Assembly (NCBI GenBank): GCA_041917215.1
Contig: JAYRYC010000011.1
Coordinates: 5,199 to 69,198, forward strand
Direction: 5' to 3'
DNA from: Tagaea sp.
GTDB lineage: Bacteria; Pseudomonadota; Alphaproteobacteria; CACIAM-22H2
Length of the DNA stretch: 64,000 nt
Position numbers and translations under genes: made by a program. Positions within the stretch are counted from its first letter, which is position 1; every line of letters starts with the position of its first letter. Shown piece by piece: positions 8,582 to 17,752 of the stretch. The notes under the pieces were generated by a model. That model had not been told where the DNA came from. It searched no databases and saw only the letters and a program-made list of their open reading frames with translations.

Positions 8582-11154
8582 GCCTGCCCCTCCGGCCCCG
8601 CCATGGTTTCGTAGCCGATCGCGCGCAAAGTCGTGACATGGCTGAAATAGGCGCGCGTGATCGCCTCGGACAGATCCGACAACCGCGTCGCCGTGGTGCC
8701 CGTCAATTCCTCGAGCGAGGCGACCGCGTCGCGATCGATGATCGACGCCAAGCGCTCGACATCGAACAACTCGATCGCGGAGATCGCACCGCGGGCGATC
8801 TTCTGTTCGGGCAGCGACAAGGGCCGGCTGGCGCGCTGGGGCAACGCGTCGAGATGTTCGGCCACCGCGCGCAATTGGAACGCGACCGAGCGCGGGTTCG
8901 TTTCGTCGCAGAGCACGAGATCGACGACCGGGGCGGGCTGGATCGCCGCCATATAGCGCGTGCGATAGGTGATCGAGCTGTCGGCGAGTTCGAGCAACAG
9001 GCGCAGCCACGGTTCGCCGCCTTGGCTGCCCGCCGCCGCGAACACGTCGCGGATCATCGCCGTGCTGTAGACCGCGCGTTCGATGCGCCGTCCGAGATCG
9101 AGGAAGCGCCAGCCCGAGCCGCGCGTCATGTTCTCGGCCGCCATGCCGTGGAACGCCGCGCACACGCCGATGACGTGGTCGACGCCTTCGAACAGCCAAT
9201 CGACATCGCCCGTGCGGCTTTCCAGCCGCAGCCGCGCGTCCTTCAGCAGATCGTTGACGACTTTCCACATATCGCCGGACAGGCGGTCGCGCACCGTCGG
9301 CGCGATGCGCTGGATCGCCTGGAACAGATGCGAAATACCCTGGTCGGGCCCGCAGGCGTTGGCGATCGCTTCCATCATCGCGCGCCCATCGGGCATGCCG
9401 CTGAAGCGAAGCTCGATCAACCCGCGCGAGGCGAGCATACGCGCGAGCGCTTGGAATTCCGCCACTTCGCGCGCCGACACGCCGCCCGCAGGGGCGCGCA
9501 TCAGGCAGGCGCGCATCAAGCGCGCGGTATCGTCCAGGCGTTCGGCGTAGCGGCCGAGCCAGAACAGATTGTCGGCGACACGGCTTTGCAATTCGCCCGA
9601 GGAGCGGCGCAATGGCTCGCGCCCGCCGCTCGCGCGCGGTCCCATGGAGAAATTCTGCGGCTCGCGCACCACGACCCAGGTGTCTTTCGACGCCCCGCCG
9701 CGTTGCATGGAGATATCGACGCCGTTGTCGTCGGCGGCAACGCGCGTCATGCCGCCGGGCATCGGCACGTAGCCATCCTCGTGGCGCACGAGGAACGCGC
9801 GCAGCATCGTCGGGCGCGGCTGCAATCCGTTCGGCGACCACACCGGCATCGCGGATTTCTGCAAACGGGCTTGCGCCACGTAGCGCCATGGCCGTTCGGC
9901 GATACGCGCGATCAACGCTTGGCGCTTGCGCGCGTCAAGCGTGGACGCGTCGGTCGCGGGCTCGGTCTCGCCGCCGAAAGCCGGGCGGATGACGTAATCC
10001 TCGATCCGCTTGGCGATGTCGGCGAAGACCTCGGGCTGGCCCAGCCACCAGGTCTCGATCGAGGCGATGTCGAGTTCCTCGCCCAGCAGCTTGCGCGAGA
10101 GGCCGGGCAGGAACGGCAGCAAGGCCGGCGTTTCGACCGCGCCGGCGCCCAGCGCGTTCGCGATCGTGACGTTGCCCGCGCGCACGGCATCAAGCAGACC
10201 CGCGACGCCGATCGCCGATTCCTGGCGCAGTTCGACGGGATCGCAGTAATCGGCGTCCATGCGGCGCAGGATGACGTCGACCTGCTGCAACCCGCCGAGG
10301 GTCTTCAGGTAGCACTTGCCTTCGCGCACGGTGAGGTCGGCACCTTCGGCCAAAGTGAGGCCGAGCTGGCGCGCCAAATACACATGCTCGAAATAGGTCT
10401 CGCTATAGGGGCCCGGCGTGAGCAGCACGATGCGCGGGTTTTCGCGATGGCGCGGGGCGAGATTGGCGAGTGCCGTCTGCCACATCTCGAAAAACGGCGC
10501 CAAGCGGCGCACATGCGCGGCCTGGAACAGTTCGGGCACCGTGCGCATCAGCACGTTGCGGTTTTCGAGCGCGTAACCCGCGCCCGACGGCGCGTTGATA
10601 CGATCGGCGCACACGCGCCATTTGCCTTCGAGCCCGCGCGCCAGATCGGCCGCGTAGAAATGGATGAAGGGCGCGCCGTTCGCCGGCACGATGCCATGGC
10701 ACTGGCGCAGGAAGCTGGGGTTCGCATGCACCAATGCGGGCGGCAGCAAGCGTTCGGCGAGCAGCGTCTGCGGCCCGTAGAGATCGGCGAGAATTTTCTC
10801 GAGCAACAAGGCGCGCTTGGCGAGCGCGCCTTCGATCTCGTCCCATTCGTCGGCCGGGATCGGCAGCGGAATCAGATCGAACTGCCAGGGCCGCGCGGCG
10901 CCGTTCGCGTCGGCGAAGACGTTATAGGTGACGCCGTTCTCGTCGTATTGCCGGCGCGCGCGTTCCATGCGCTCGGCCAAGGCGCCGGGCGGCAAGGTGC
11001 GCAACGCGCCCATGACCGGTTGCCAGTGGAAGCGGATTTGCCCGCCACCGGTCACCATCTCGTCGTACGGCGATACCGCTACCGCCGCCGGATCCTTGAT
11101 TGCCGACGAATCGTCCATTCCGCCCCCGGTCGAAGGGCGGAGTGTCGGCGTCAT
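8578..11154 (-). CDS. circularly permuted type-2 ATP-grasp protein fused to an alpha-E domain
   Basis: 858 aa. The N-terminal ~470 aa (..FDLIPLPI..EW..IE.G..QRA.LL..IL.DLYGPQ..., VLLTPGPYSETYFEHVYLARQLG) match my memory of CP_ATPgrasp proteins. The C-terminal ~330 aa (ADNLFWLGRYAERLDDTARL...) are alpha-E type. ATGA overlap with the upstream gene (11151-11154). Confidence 0.85.
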   Translation of the reverse strand: MTPTLRPSTGGGMDDSSAIKDPAAVAVSPYDEMVTGGGQIRFHWQPVMGALRTLPPGALAERMERARRQYDENGVTYNVFADANGAARPWQFDLIPLPIPADEWDEIEGALAKRALLLEKILADLYGPQTLLAERLLPPALVHANPSFLRQCHGIVPANGAPFIHFYAADLARGLEGKWRVCADRINAPSGAGYALENRNVLMRTVPELFQAAHVRRLAPFFEMWQTALANLAPRHRENPRIVLLTPGPYSETYFEHVYLARQLGLTLAEGADLTVREGKCYLKTLGGLQQVDVILRRMDADYCDPVELRQESAIGVAGLLDAVRAGNVTIANALGAGAVETPALLPFLPGLSRKLLGEELDIASIETWWLGQPEVFADIAKRIEDYVIRPAFGGETEPATDASTLDARKRQALIARIAERPWRYVAQARLQKSAMPVWSPNGLQPRPTMLRAFLVRHEDGYVPMPGGMTRVAADDNGVDISMQRGGASKDTWVVVREPQNFSMGPRASGGREPLRRSSGELQSRVADNLFWLGRYAERLDDTARLMRACLMRAPAGGVSAREVAEFQALARMLASRGLIELRFSGMPDGRAMMEAIANACGPDQGISHLFQAIQRIAPTVRDRLSGDMWKVVNDLLKDARLRLESRTGDVDWLFEGVDHVIGVCAAFHGMAAENMTRGSGWRFLDLGRRIERAVYSTAMIRDVFAAAGSQGGEPWLRLLLELADSSITYRTRYMAAIQPAPVVDLVLCDETNPRSVAFQLRAVAEHLDALPQRASRPLSLPEQKIARGAISAIELFDVERLASIIDRDAVASLEELTGTTATRLSDLSEAITRAYFSHVTTLRAIGYETMAGPEGQA

Positions 11155-14100
11155 GCCCGTCGAAGGTCAAGCGTCAGCGGGAATTCCGGGTTCGGTTTCG
11201 GTTCGCGCGGGGTCATCGGACCCGGCGTATGGCCGAAAGCGAAGAACCGGGCCCGGCGGCGCGCCTCGGCCTCGTTGGCGTTGACCGGGAACTTGTCGTA
11301 ATTCCGCCCGCCCGGATGCGCCACGTGATAGGTGCAGCCGCCCATCGAGCGGTTCGACCAGCCATCGACCAGATCGAACACCAAGGGCGCATGCACGCCG
11401 ATCGTCGGGTGCAGCGCCGAGGCCGGGTTCCACGCGCGGAAGCGCACGCCCGCGACGTATTCGCCTTCGATCCCCGTCGGGTGCAGCGGCACGGCGATGC
11501 CGTTGCAAGTCAGCACATGCCGGCTTTCGACCAGATTGCTGACCTTGACCTGCAAGCGTTCGAGCGAGGAGTCGACATAGCGCACCGTGCCGCCGCCGCC
11601 CGCTTCCTCGCCCAGCACATGCCAGGGCTCCAGCGCATGGCGCAGCTCGATGCCGACATTGCGATACGCGGCCTCGCCCAGCTTCGGGAAGCGGAATTCC
11701 CAATGCGGGTCGAACCACGAATCCTCGAAGCCATAGCCTTCGTCACGCAACAGCTGCACGACATCCGACAGATCGTCGCGCACGAAATGCGGCAGCAGGA
11801 ATTTGTCGTGGATCGCGTTGCCCCAGCGGACCAGCTTGGCGGTGTAGGGCTCCTCCCAGAAATGCGCGACCAGCGAGCGCAGCAGCAATTGCTGCACGAG
11901 GCTCATGCGGCCATGGGGCGGCATTTCGAAACCGCGCAGTTCGACCAAGCCGCGCCGCCCGCCCGAATGGTCGGGCGAATAGAGCTTGTCGATGCAGAAT
12001 TCGGTGCGATGCGTATTGCCAGTCACGTCGACCAGAATGTTCCGCAACACGCGGTCGACCATCCAGGGCGGTATGCCCGCCGTGTCCTTCGCCGGCAATT
12101 GCGCAAGTGCCAGTTCCAGCTCGTGCGTCTGATCCTGACGCGCCTCGTCGGCGCGCGGATGCTGCGACGTCGGCCCGATGAAGAGCCCTGAGAACAGATA
12201 CGAGAGCGAGGGATGATTGTGCCAGAAGCGCAGCATCGACCCGAGCAGATCGGGCCGGCGCAGCCACGGCGATTCCGACGCCGAGCGTCCGCCGAGCACG
12301 AAATGATTGCCCCCGCCGGTTCCGACATGGCGGCCGTCGAGCATGAATTTCTCGGTGCCCAAGCGGCTTTGGCGCGCTTCTTCGTAAAGCGTGGTTGTCC
12401 GCTCAACGAGTTCGGGCCAGCTTTCCGCCGGATGCACGTTGACTTCGATCACGCCCGGATCGGGGGTGACCGAGAAACTATTGAGCCGCGGATCGGAGGG
12501 CGGCGCATAACCTTCGATCAGGATCGGCTGGCCCAAATCGGCGGCCGTATCTTCGATCGCGGCGATGAGGTCGAGATAATCCTCCGTCGTCGGGACCGGC
12601 GGCATGAAGACATGCAGCAACCCGTCGCGCGGTTCGACGCACAACGCCGTGCGCACGACCCACGCGGCCGACGCTTGCGGCTTCAGCTTCTGGCGATCGT
12701 TGCGGCGCAATTCCTCGATCCGCTTGCGGTCGGGTATCGCTTCGCCATGCGGACCCGCCATCATCCCGCCTTGATGCGCGAAGCCTTCGCGGAACGGGGC
12801 ACCCGTCACTTGCGTCGCGCGTTCGCGCGGATCGCGCTTGGGCAACGGCGGATATTCGTCGAACGGATCGGTTTCCCAATGATACGGGTAATCGACCGGT
12901 GCCACCCACGGCAGCGAATCAAGCGGCAGGCGATAGCCCATCGGCGAATCGCCGGGGATCAGGAACATGTGCTGCGGGCGCACGAACCAGAAGCCCGACG
13001 ACCATTTCGACTTGCCGCCGCCGCTGCGCTGAACGGGCAGCACGACGCCGACCGGCTCGTCGAGACCCTTTTCGAAAATACGCGCAAGCCGCGCACGTTC
13101 TTCGGGATCTTTGAGGTTCGATTTCAGCGGATCAACATTGACCGGCAAGCGCTGCTCGCGCCACAGGTAGTACCAAGAATCTTCGAACGCGCGATGCACG
13201 AATTCCTCGGGCACGCCCAAGCGCTTGCACAAGCGGCGCGCGAAACGATCGGCATGCTCGAAATTCACATTCGACTTCATGCCGTCATCGGCGAATAGCG
13301 ACGGATCGCGCCAGATCGGCTCGCCGTCGCGCCGCCACCAGCAACCCAACGCCCAGCGCGGCAGGCTTTCGCCCGGGTACCATTTGCCCTGGCCGAAATG
13401 CAGCAACGCGCCCGGCGACCACAGCTTCTGCAAGCGCTTCAACAACGTGCCCGCCAAGCGGCGTTTCGTCGGCCCGAGCGCGCCGGTATTCCATTCGTCG
13501 CCGTCCATGTCGTCGATCGACACGAAGGTCGGCTCGCCGCCCATGGTCAGGCGCACATCGCCTTTCGCCAAACGGCCGTCGACGACATGGCCGAGCTTTT
13601 CGATCTTGGCCCATTCTTCGTCGGTATAGGGCTTGGTGACGCGAGCACTTTCGGCGATGCGCGTGACGTACATCTCGTGGCCGAATTTTACTTCGGCCTT
13701 TTCATGCGCCCCTTCGACCGGGGCCGCCGATTGCGGGGCGGGCGTGGCCGCCAGCGGAATATGGCCTTCGCCGGTCATCAGGCCGGAGGTCGGATCGAAG
13801 CCGATCCAACCGGCACCGGGCAGATAGACTTCCGTCCAGGCGTGCAGATCGGTGAAGTCGTGCGTCGTGCCCGATGGGCCGTCGAGCGCCTTCTGGTCCG
13901 CGACGAGCTGGATCAGATAGCCCGAGACGAAACGCGCGGCGAAACCCAGATGGCGCAAAATCTGGACGAACAACCAGCCCGAATCGCGGCACGAGCCTTT
14001 GGCGCTGCCCAGCGTCTGCTCGCTGGTCTGCACGCCCGGCTCCATCCGGATGATGTAACCGATATCCTGTTGCAGACGCTGGTTGAGCCCGACCAGGAAG

Positions 14101-14528
14101 TCGACCGTTCGTTGTTCCGACCGGTCGACCTTGGCGAGCCAGGCTTTCAGCAGCGGGCCGGCGGGCTCGGGCTTGCGGAACGGCGCCAAATCCTCCAGCA
14201 GCCCGTCCTCGTACGCGAAGGGCCATTTTTCCGCATAGGGCTCGAGAAAGAAATCGAACGGATTGACCACCGCCATGTCGGCGACGAGATCGACCGACAC
14301 GGTAAAACGGTCGGTCTTTTCAGGAAATACAAGCCGCGCCAGCCAATTGCCGTGCGGGTCTTGCTGCCAATTGATGAAATGGGTCGACGGCTCGATCTTA
14401 AGCGAATAGGAAAGCACCGGCGTGCGGGAATGGGCCGCGGGCCGCAAACGCACGACCTGGGGCCCCAGCATAATCGGGCGGTCGTAGAAGTAAGACGTGC
14501 GATGGTGGAGCGCCACGTGAAGAGTCAT
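11151..14528 (-). CDS. large transglutaminase-like protein with C-terminal DUF2126 / glutamine-synthetase-like amidoligase region
   Basis: Start at ATG 14528: MTLHVALHHRTSYFYDRPI... (Bact_transglu_N). GSCRDSGWLFVQILRHLGFAARFVSGY, DLHAWTEVYLPGAGW and GFDPTSG form a Cys-His-Asp signature. A ~750-aa C-terminal region follows (..RLTMGGEPTFVS.., ..HFGQGKWYPGE..). The 51 aa upstream in the track ORF are Arg/Gly-rich and were not counted. Confidence 0.85.
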   Translation of the reverse strand: MTLHVALHHRTSYFYDRPIMLGPQVVRLRPAAHSRTPVLSYSLKIEPSTHFINWQQDPHGNWLARLVFPEKTDRFTVSVDLVADMAVVNPFDFFLEPYAEKWPFAYEDGLLEDLAPFRKPEPAGPLLKAWLAKVDRSEQRTVDFLVGLNQRLQQDIGYIIRMEPGVQTSEQTLGSAKGSCRDSGWLFVQILRHLGFAARFVSGYLIQLVADQKALDGPSGTTHDFTDLHAWTEVYLPGAGWIGFDPTSGLMTGEGHIPLAATPAPQSAAPVEGAHEKAEVKFGHEMYVTRIAESARVTKPYTDEEWAKIEKLGHVVDGRLAKGDVRLTMGGEPTFVSIDDMDGDEWNTGALGPTKRRLAGTLLKRLQKLWSPGALLHFGQGKWYPGESLPRWALGCWWRRDGEPIWRDPSLFADDGMKSNVNFEHADRFARRLCKRLGVPEEFVHRAFEDSWYYLWREQRLPVNVDPLKSNLKDPEERARLARIFEKGLDEPVGVVLPVQRSGGGKSKWSSGFWFVRPQHMFLIPGDSPMGYRLPLDSLPWVAPVDYPYHWETDPFDEYPPLPKRDPRERATQVTGAPFREGFAHQGGMMAGPHGEAIPDRKRIEELRRNDRQKLKPQASAAWVVRTALCVEPRDGLLHVFMPPVPTTEDYLDLIAAIEDTAADLGQPILIEGYAPPSDPRLNSFSVTPDPGVIEVNVHPAESWPELVERTTTLYEEARQSRLGTEKFMLDGRHVGTGGGNHFVLGGRSASESPWLRRPDLLGSMLRFWHNHPSLSYLFSGLFIGPTSQHPRADEARQDQTHELELALAQLPAKDTAGIPPWMVDRVLRNILVDVTGNTHRTEFCIDKLYSPDHSGGRRGLVELRGFEMPPHGRMSLVQQLLLRSLVAHFWEEPYTAKLVRWGNAIHDKFLLPHFVRDDLSDVVQLLRDEGYGFEDSWFDPHWEFRFPKLGEAAYRNVGIELRHALEPWHVLGEEAGGGGTVRYVDSSLERLQVKVSNLVESRHVLTCNGIAVPLHPTGIEGEYVAGVRFRAWNPASALHPTIGVHAPLVFDLVDGWSNRSMGGCTYHVAHPGGRNYDKFPVNANEAEARRRARFFAFGHTPGPMTPREPKPNPEFPLTLDLRRA

Positions 14529-14546
14529 GGAACCGGCCCTGGGATG

Positions 14547-14556
14547 CACACGTGTG
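14547..14556. promoter_or_regulatory. perfect 10-bp palindrome CACACGTGTG upstream of the transglutaminase operon
   Basis: cacacgtgtg at 14547-14556, 19-28 nt upstream of ATG 14528, in the 134-nt divergent region shared with the MFS gene. Confidence 0.25.
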
Positions 14557-14662
14557 AAAAGCGGAGCGTTGTCGGCACGTTGGCCCGGAAACCGGGCGCG
14601 CGCAAGGCTCTGCAAGCCGCGTTCCAGCGCGCCGGCCGATTCCACCGGGGGACGATGACGAA

Positions 14663-15838
14663 ATGACGTTGCGCCCCCCAATGTGGCTGCTGATCATGAT
14701 CAGCGCCGTCGGCCCGTTTTCGCTGAACGCCTTCATCCCGTCGCTGCCGCGCCTGGCGGAGACGTTCGCCACCGATTACGGCACGGCCCAGCTTGCTTTG
14801 ACGCTGTTCCTGGTCGGGATCGGGGTCGGCCAGTTGATCTACGGACCGTTGTCCGATCGCTATGGCCGCCGGCCGGTGCTGCTGGCGGGGCTGGGCCTGG
14901 GCTTCGCGGGCAGTTTCGTGTGCCTGCTCGCCCCGACGATCGAGGTGCTGCTGGCGGGCCGCGTCGCGCAAGCGCTGGGCAGTTGCTCGGGCCTCGTGCT
15001 CGCGCGCGCGATGGTGCGCGATCTCTACAGCCGCGACCAATCGGCCAGCACGCTCGGCTACGTGACGATGGGCATGGCGATGATGCCGATGGTCGCCCCC
15101 AGCATCGGCGGTTTGCTCGACCAGACCTATGGCTGGCGCGCGAGCTTCGTGGCGATGATGGCCTTCGGCGGCTTCGCCTTCTTCGCCGCGCGTGCGCGCG
15201 CCTACGAAACCAACCATTCGCCGCTGTCGCATATCGATTTCACGACGCTGACGCGCGGCTGGATCGCGCTGATGCGTTCGCCCGCCTTCCTGGGCTACAC
15301 GCTGGCGATCAGCTTCAACTCGATCCAATTCTTCGGCTTCCTCGCGACCGCGCCCTTTTTGATGATCGGCGTGCTGGGACGCCCGCCCGCCGAATACGGG
15401 CTGTGGTTCGCGTTCTGCGCGATCTCCTACGCCGCCGGCAATTTCATCGCCGGGCGCTGGTCGGCGCGGATCGGCCTCGACCGCCTGGCCTATTGGGGCT
15501 TGCTGTTGGCGATGTTGCCATGCTTGCTCCTCGTGGCGCTGCACGTCGCGCAAGGCCTGACGCCGCTCGGCATATTCGGGCCATTCTTCCTGCTCGGCTT
15601 TTCCAACGGCGCCACGCAGCCCAACCTCATCGCGGGCGCCGTATCGGTCAATCCGGCTCTCGCGGGATCGGCCTCGGGCTTGCTCGGCTTCACCCAAATG
15701 GCGATGGGCGCCGTCGCCACCGTCGTGATGGGCCATTCGCAGGACGGCACGCTGTTGCCGATGGCGATCTTGTTTTTCTTCTGCTCGATCGGCGCGATCG
15801 CGTCGCATCGCATGGCGATGCGCCGGCACGCGGGCTGA
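14663..15838 (+). CDS. MFS transporter, Bcr/CflA drug-resistance subfamily
   Basis: 391 aa, ~12 predicted hydrophobic segments. GQLIYGPLSDRYGRRPVLL (MFS motif A region) is typical of Bcr/CflA. Confidence 0.85.
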   Translation: MTLRPPMWLLIMISAVGPFSLNAFIPSLPRLAETFATDYGTAQLALTLFLVGIGVGQLIYGPLSDRYGRRPVLLAGLGLGFAGSFVCLLAPTIEVLLAGRVAQALGSCSGLVLARAMVRDLYSRDQSASTLGYVTMGMAMMPMVAPSIGGLLDQTYGWRASFVAMMAFGGFAFFAARARAYETNHSPLSHIDFTTLTRGWIALMRSPAFLGYTLAISFNSIQFFGFLATAPFLMIGVLGRPPAEYGLWFAFCAISYAAGNFIAGRWSARIGLDRLAYWGLLLAMLPCLLLVALHVAQGLTPLGIFGPFFLLGFSNGATQPNLIAGAVSVNPALAGSASGLLGFTQMAMGAVATVVMGHSQDGTLLPMAILFFFCSIGAIASHRMAMRRHAG

Positions 15839-15845
15839 AGCGCCG

Positions 15846-16649
15846 ATGGGCTGGCTCGCGGCGATCGGTGCGGCGGCGGCGCTCTACGCGGTGGCGGTCG
15901 CGTATATGTATTTCGGCCAGCGCGGCTTCCTCTATCACCCGTCGTCCAAACCCGCCGACGCGGCGGCGTTGCGCGCGGCGGGCTACGCGCCGTTTCCCGT
16001 TTCGACCGCGGATGGCTTGACGCTGACCGCATGGCGGCGCGACGGTCGCGCGGACAAGCCGGCGATCGTCCTGTTCCATGGCAACGCCGGTGACGCCAGC
16101 GACCGCATCGGCATCGCCGAACAGGCGGCGCGCCATGGCTACGCCATCGTGCTCGCGACCTATCGCGGCTTCGGCGGCAATCCGGGCAAGCCAAGCGAAG
16201 ACGGCCTCTACGCCGACGCGCGCGCGACATTGGACGCGCTGGGTCCGGGGCCCTTCGTCCTCTGGGGCGAAAGCCTGGGCACGGGTGTCGCCACGAAGAT
16301 GGCGAACGAGCGCCGCGTGGCCGGCGTCATCCTGCAATCGCCCTATATCTCCGTCGCCGATCGCGCGGCCGAGATGTTTTTTTGGCTGCCCGCGCGGCGC
16401 TTGGTGACCGACCGTTTCGATTCCGCGTCGCGGATCGCGACGATCGGCGGACCATTACTGGTGGTCCATGGCGCGCGCGATACGCTTATTCCCATCGCGC
16501 ATGGCAGGGCCATCTTCGACGCCGCCAAGCCCCCGAAAACCTTCGTGGAACTGCATGATCGCGGCCATGGCGACATGGCGGGTCCGGCATTCGAAGCGGG
16601 ATTGGCCGAATTCCTGGGATCGCTTGCGCTTTCGCGCCCGGCGCCATAA
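15846..16649 (+). CDS. alpha/beta hydrolase
   Basis: 267 aa; N-terminal membrane anchor, HGNAGD, nucleophile elbow GESLGTG, C-terminal HG.D and H motifs. Confidence 0.8.
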   Translation: MGWLAAIGAAAALYAVAVAYMYFGQRGFLYHPSSKPADAAALRAAGYAPFPVSTADGLTLTAWRRDGRADKPAIVLFHGNAGDASDRIGIAEQAARHGYAIVLATYRGFGGNPGKPSEDGLYADARATLDALGPGPFVLWGESLGTGVATKMANERRVAGVILQSPYISVADRAAEMFFWLPARRLVTDRFDSASRIATIGGPLLVVHGARDTLIPIAHGRAIFDAAKPPKTFVELHDRGHGDMAGPAFEAGLAEFLGSLALSRPAP

Positions 16650-16658
16650 ACATCGGAC

Positions 16659-16997
16659 ATGGCCGACGCTCAACCCGCGAAACCCGCCGCCCCCGCCGCT
16701 CCCGCGAAAATCGACGAGCGGCGCAAGATGGAGCTTCAGAACACGCTGAATCGCATCAGCATCATCGCGGGTATTTTCGACACGCGCATGGGCTCGGTGA
16801 ACTGCAAGCCGTTCCACGCGATCCGCGAGTTGATGGATATCTATATCGCCGGCGCCATCCGCGCGCTGTCGAGCGGGCGCGACTATCTCGACAACGGGAT
16901 CGAGTTGAAGGACGAGGAGCGCGCGAGCGTCGAAACGCTGATCCTCAAGATCTACGGCGACGTCGCCAAAAAAGACGCGGCCCCCGAAAAGTCCTAA
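16659..16997 (+). CDS. hypothetical protein (no family recognised)
   Basis: 112 aa with ordinary composition and strong GC3 codon bias; Ala/Pro-rich N-terminus followed by a probable helical domain. The stop overlaps the convergent gene (CTAA at 16994-16997). Confidence 0.5.
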   Translation: MADAQPAKPAAPAAPAKIDERRKMELQNTLNRISIIAGIFDTRMGSVNCKPFHAIRELMDIYIAGAIRALSSGRDYLDNGIELKDEERASVETLILKIYGDVAKKDAAPEKS

Positions 16998-17422
16998 CGG
17001 GCGCGCACGCGCCACACGCGGCAATTCGTCATGCTCTGGTGCTCGAACACGTAGAGCGTGCCCGGCTGCGACACTTTCCGATAATCGGCGAGATCGTTCG
17101 AGCCCGCTTGCGCGGCGCCGTAAGTTTGGCCCGCCAGAACCACCGTCGCGCGATGTTGCTCGAACTGACCGAAATCGCGTTTGCGGCATTCGGCCGAGGC
17201 GCGCGCGTCATAGGTGCCGAGTTCCGACAGCGGCTTGGGGCTGCGCAACAGCACCGGGCGCGGGCGCGCTTGTTCGGGGATGCGTTGCGCTTCGATATTG
17301 GGCCGCACGCCGGTATCGAAAGGCGGCACCAGATGCCCGTCGCGCGTGCGCGTCATATCGGTCGCCGACGCCGGTAAGGCGGCGGCGAACAAGATCGCGG
17401 AAAGGATCGAACGGGAACGCAT
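16994..17422 (-). CDS. hypothetical secreted protein
   Basis: 142 aa; N-terminal signal-peptide-like MRSRSILSAILFAAALPASA; two Cys; no family recognised. Confidence 0.5.
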   Translation of the reverse strand: MRSRSILSAILFAAALPASATDMTRTRDGHLVPPFDTGVRPNIEAQRIPEQARPRPVLLRSPKPLSELGTYDARASAECRKRDFGQFEQHRATVVLAGQTYGAAQAGSNDLADYRKVSQPGTLYVFEHQSMTNCRVWRVRAR

Positions 17423-17467
17423 CGGCCAACTCTATGCGATCGGCCGCCGATCTCCTAAAGTTGGGCC

Positions 17468-17665
17468 ATGGACGGCATCGAAATCCGCCCCGGCATGCGT
17501 TTCGCGAGCCAGCAGACTTATGAATGGGAAGTGGCCGAACTGGTCACCGACGGCGTGTCCGTGCCCCATGCGCGGCTGCGCGCCCTTTACGATCCGGACG
17601 TGACGCGACTGGTCGCGTGCGCGGTTCTGGCCAATCCCGCGCGTTTCAAGCCTTTGAATTCCTGA
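17468..17665 (+). CDS. small hypothetical protein
   Basis: 65 aa with non-shadow composition (MDGIEIRPGMRFASQQTYEWEVAELV...); no family recognised. Short, so uncertain. Confidence 0.3.
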   Translation: MDGIEIRPGMRFASQQTYEWEVAELVTDGVSVPHARLRALYDPDVTRLVACAVLANPARFKPLNS

Positions 17666-17692
17666 AATTTCTTGGTTTTTCCGGGAGGGGGA

Positions 17693-17720
17693 TTGACTCT
17701 GCCCATTTATTACGTATTTT
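17693..17720 (+). promoter_or_regulatory. candidate sigma70-type promoter in an AT-rich island
   Basis: TTGACT (17693-17698), 16-nt spacer, TATTTT (17715-17720). It lies in the only strongly AT-rich stretch of this neighbourhood (17666-17752), ~30 nt before GTG 17753. Confidence 0.25.
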
Positions 17721-17752
17721 AATAAATATTGATTAGACTTGCGGAGAATCCC

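Noticed and set aside
7688-9889. 733-aa version of the small transglutaminase ORF, and similar 5'-extended track ORFs (4288..5340, 11151..14681, 24778..26526, 26734..27357, 34825..36168, 35949..37355, 36968..38737, 43170..43988, 45111..46583, 48646..49434)
   Set aside because: The upstream extensions are Arg-rich, run into or through the preceding gene, and lack homology-like sequence. In each case an internal ATG or GTG gives the expected family N-terminus, usually with an SD or a 4-nt overlap with the upstream stop.
6254-11301. 786-aa (+) and 887-aa (+) ORFs spanning hutF and the transglutaminase operon
   Set aside because: Extreme Arg/Gly/Asp bias. The first is out of frame with genuine hutF, and both are antisense to the clearly conserved transglutaminase and ATP-grasp frames.
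14525-16337. 434-aa, 445-aa and other ORFs overlapping the MFS and hydrolase genes
   Set aside because: Highly charged Arg/His/Asp-rich or Arg/Pro-rich translations. The MFS frame gives 12 hydrophobic segments and motif A.
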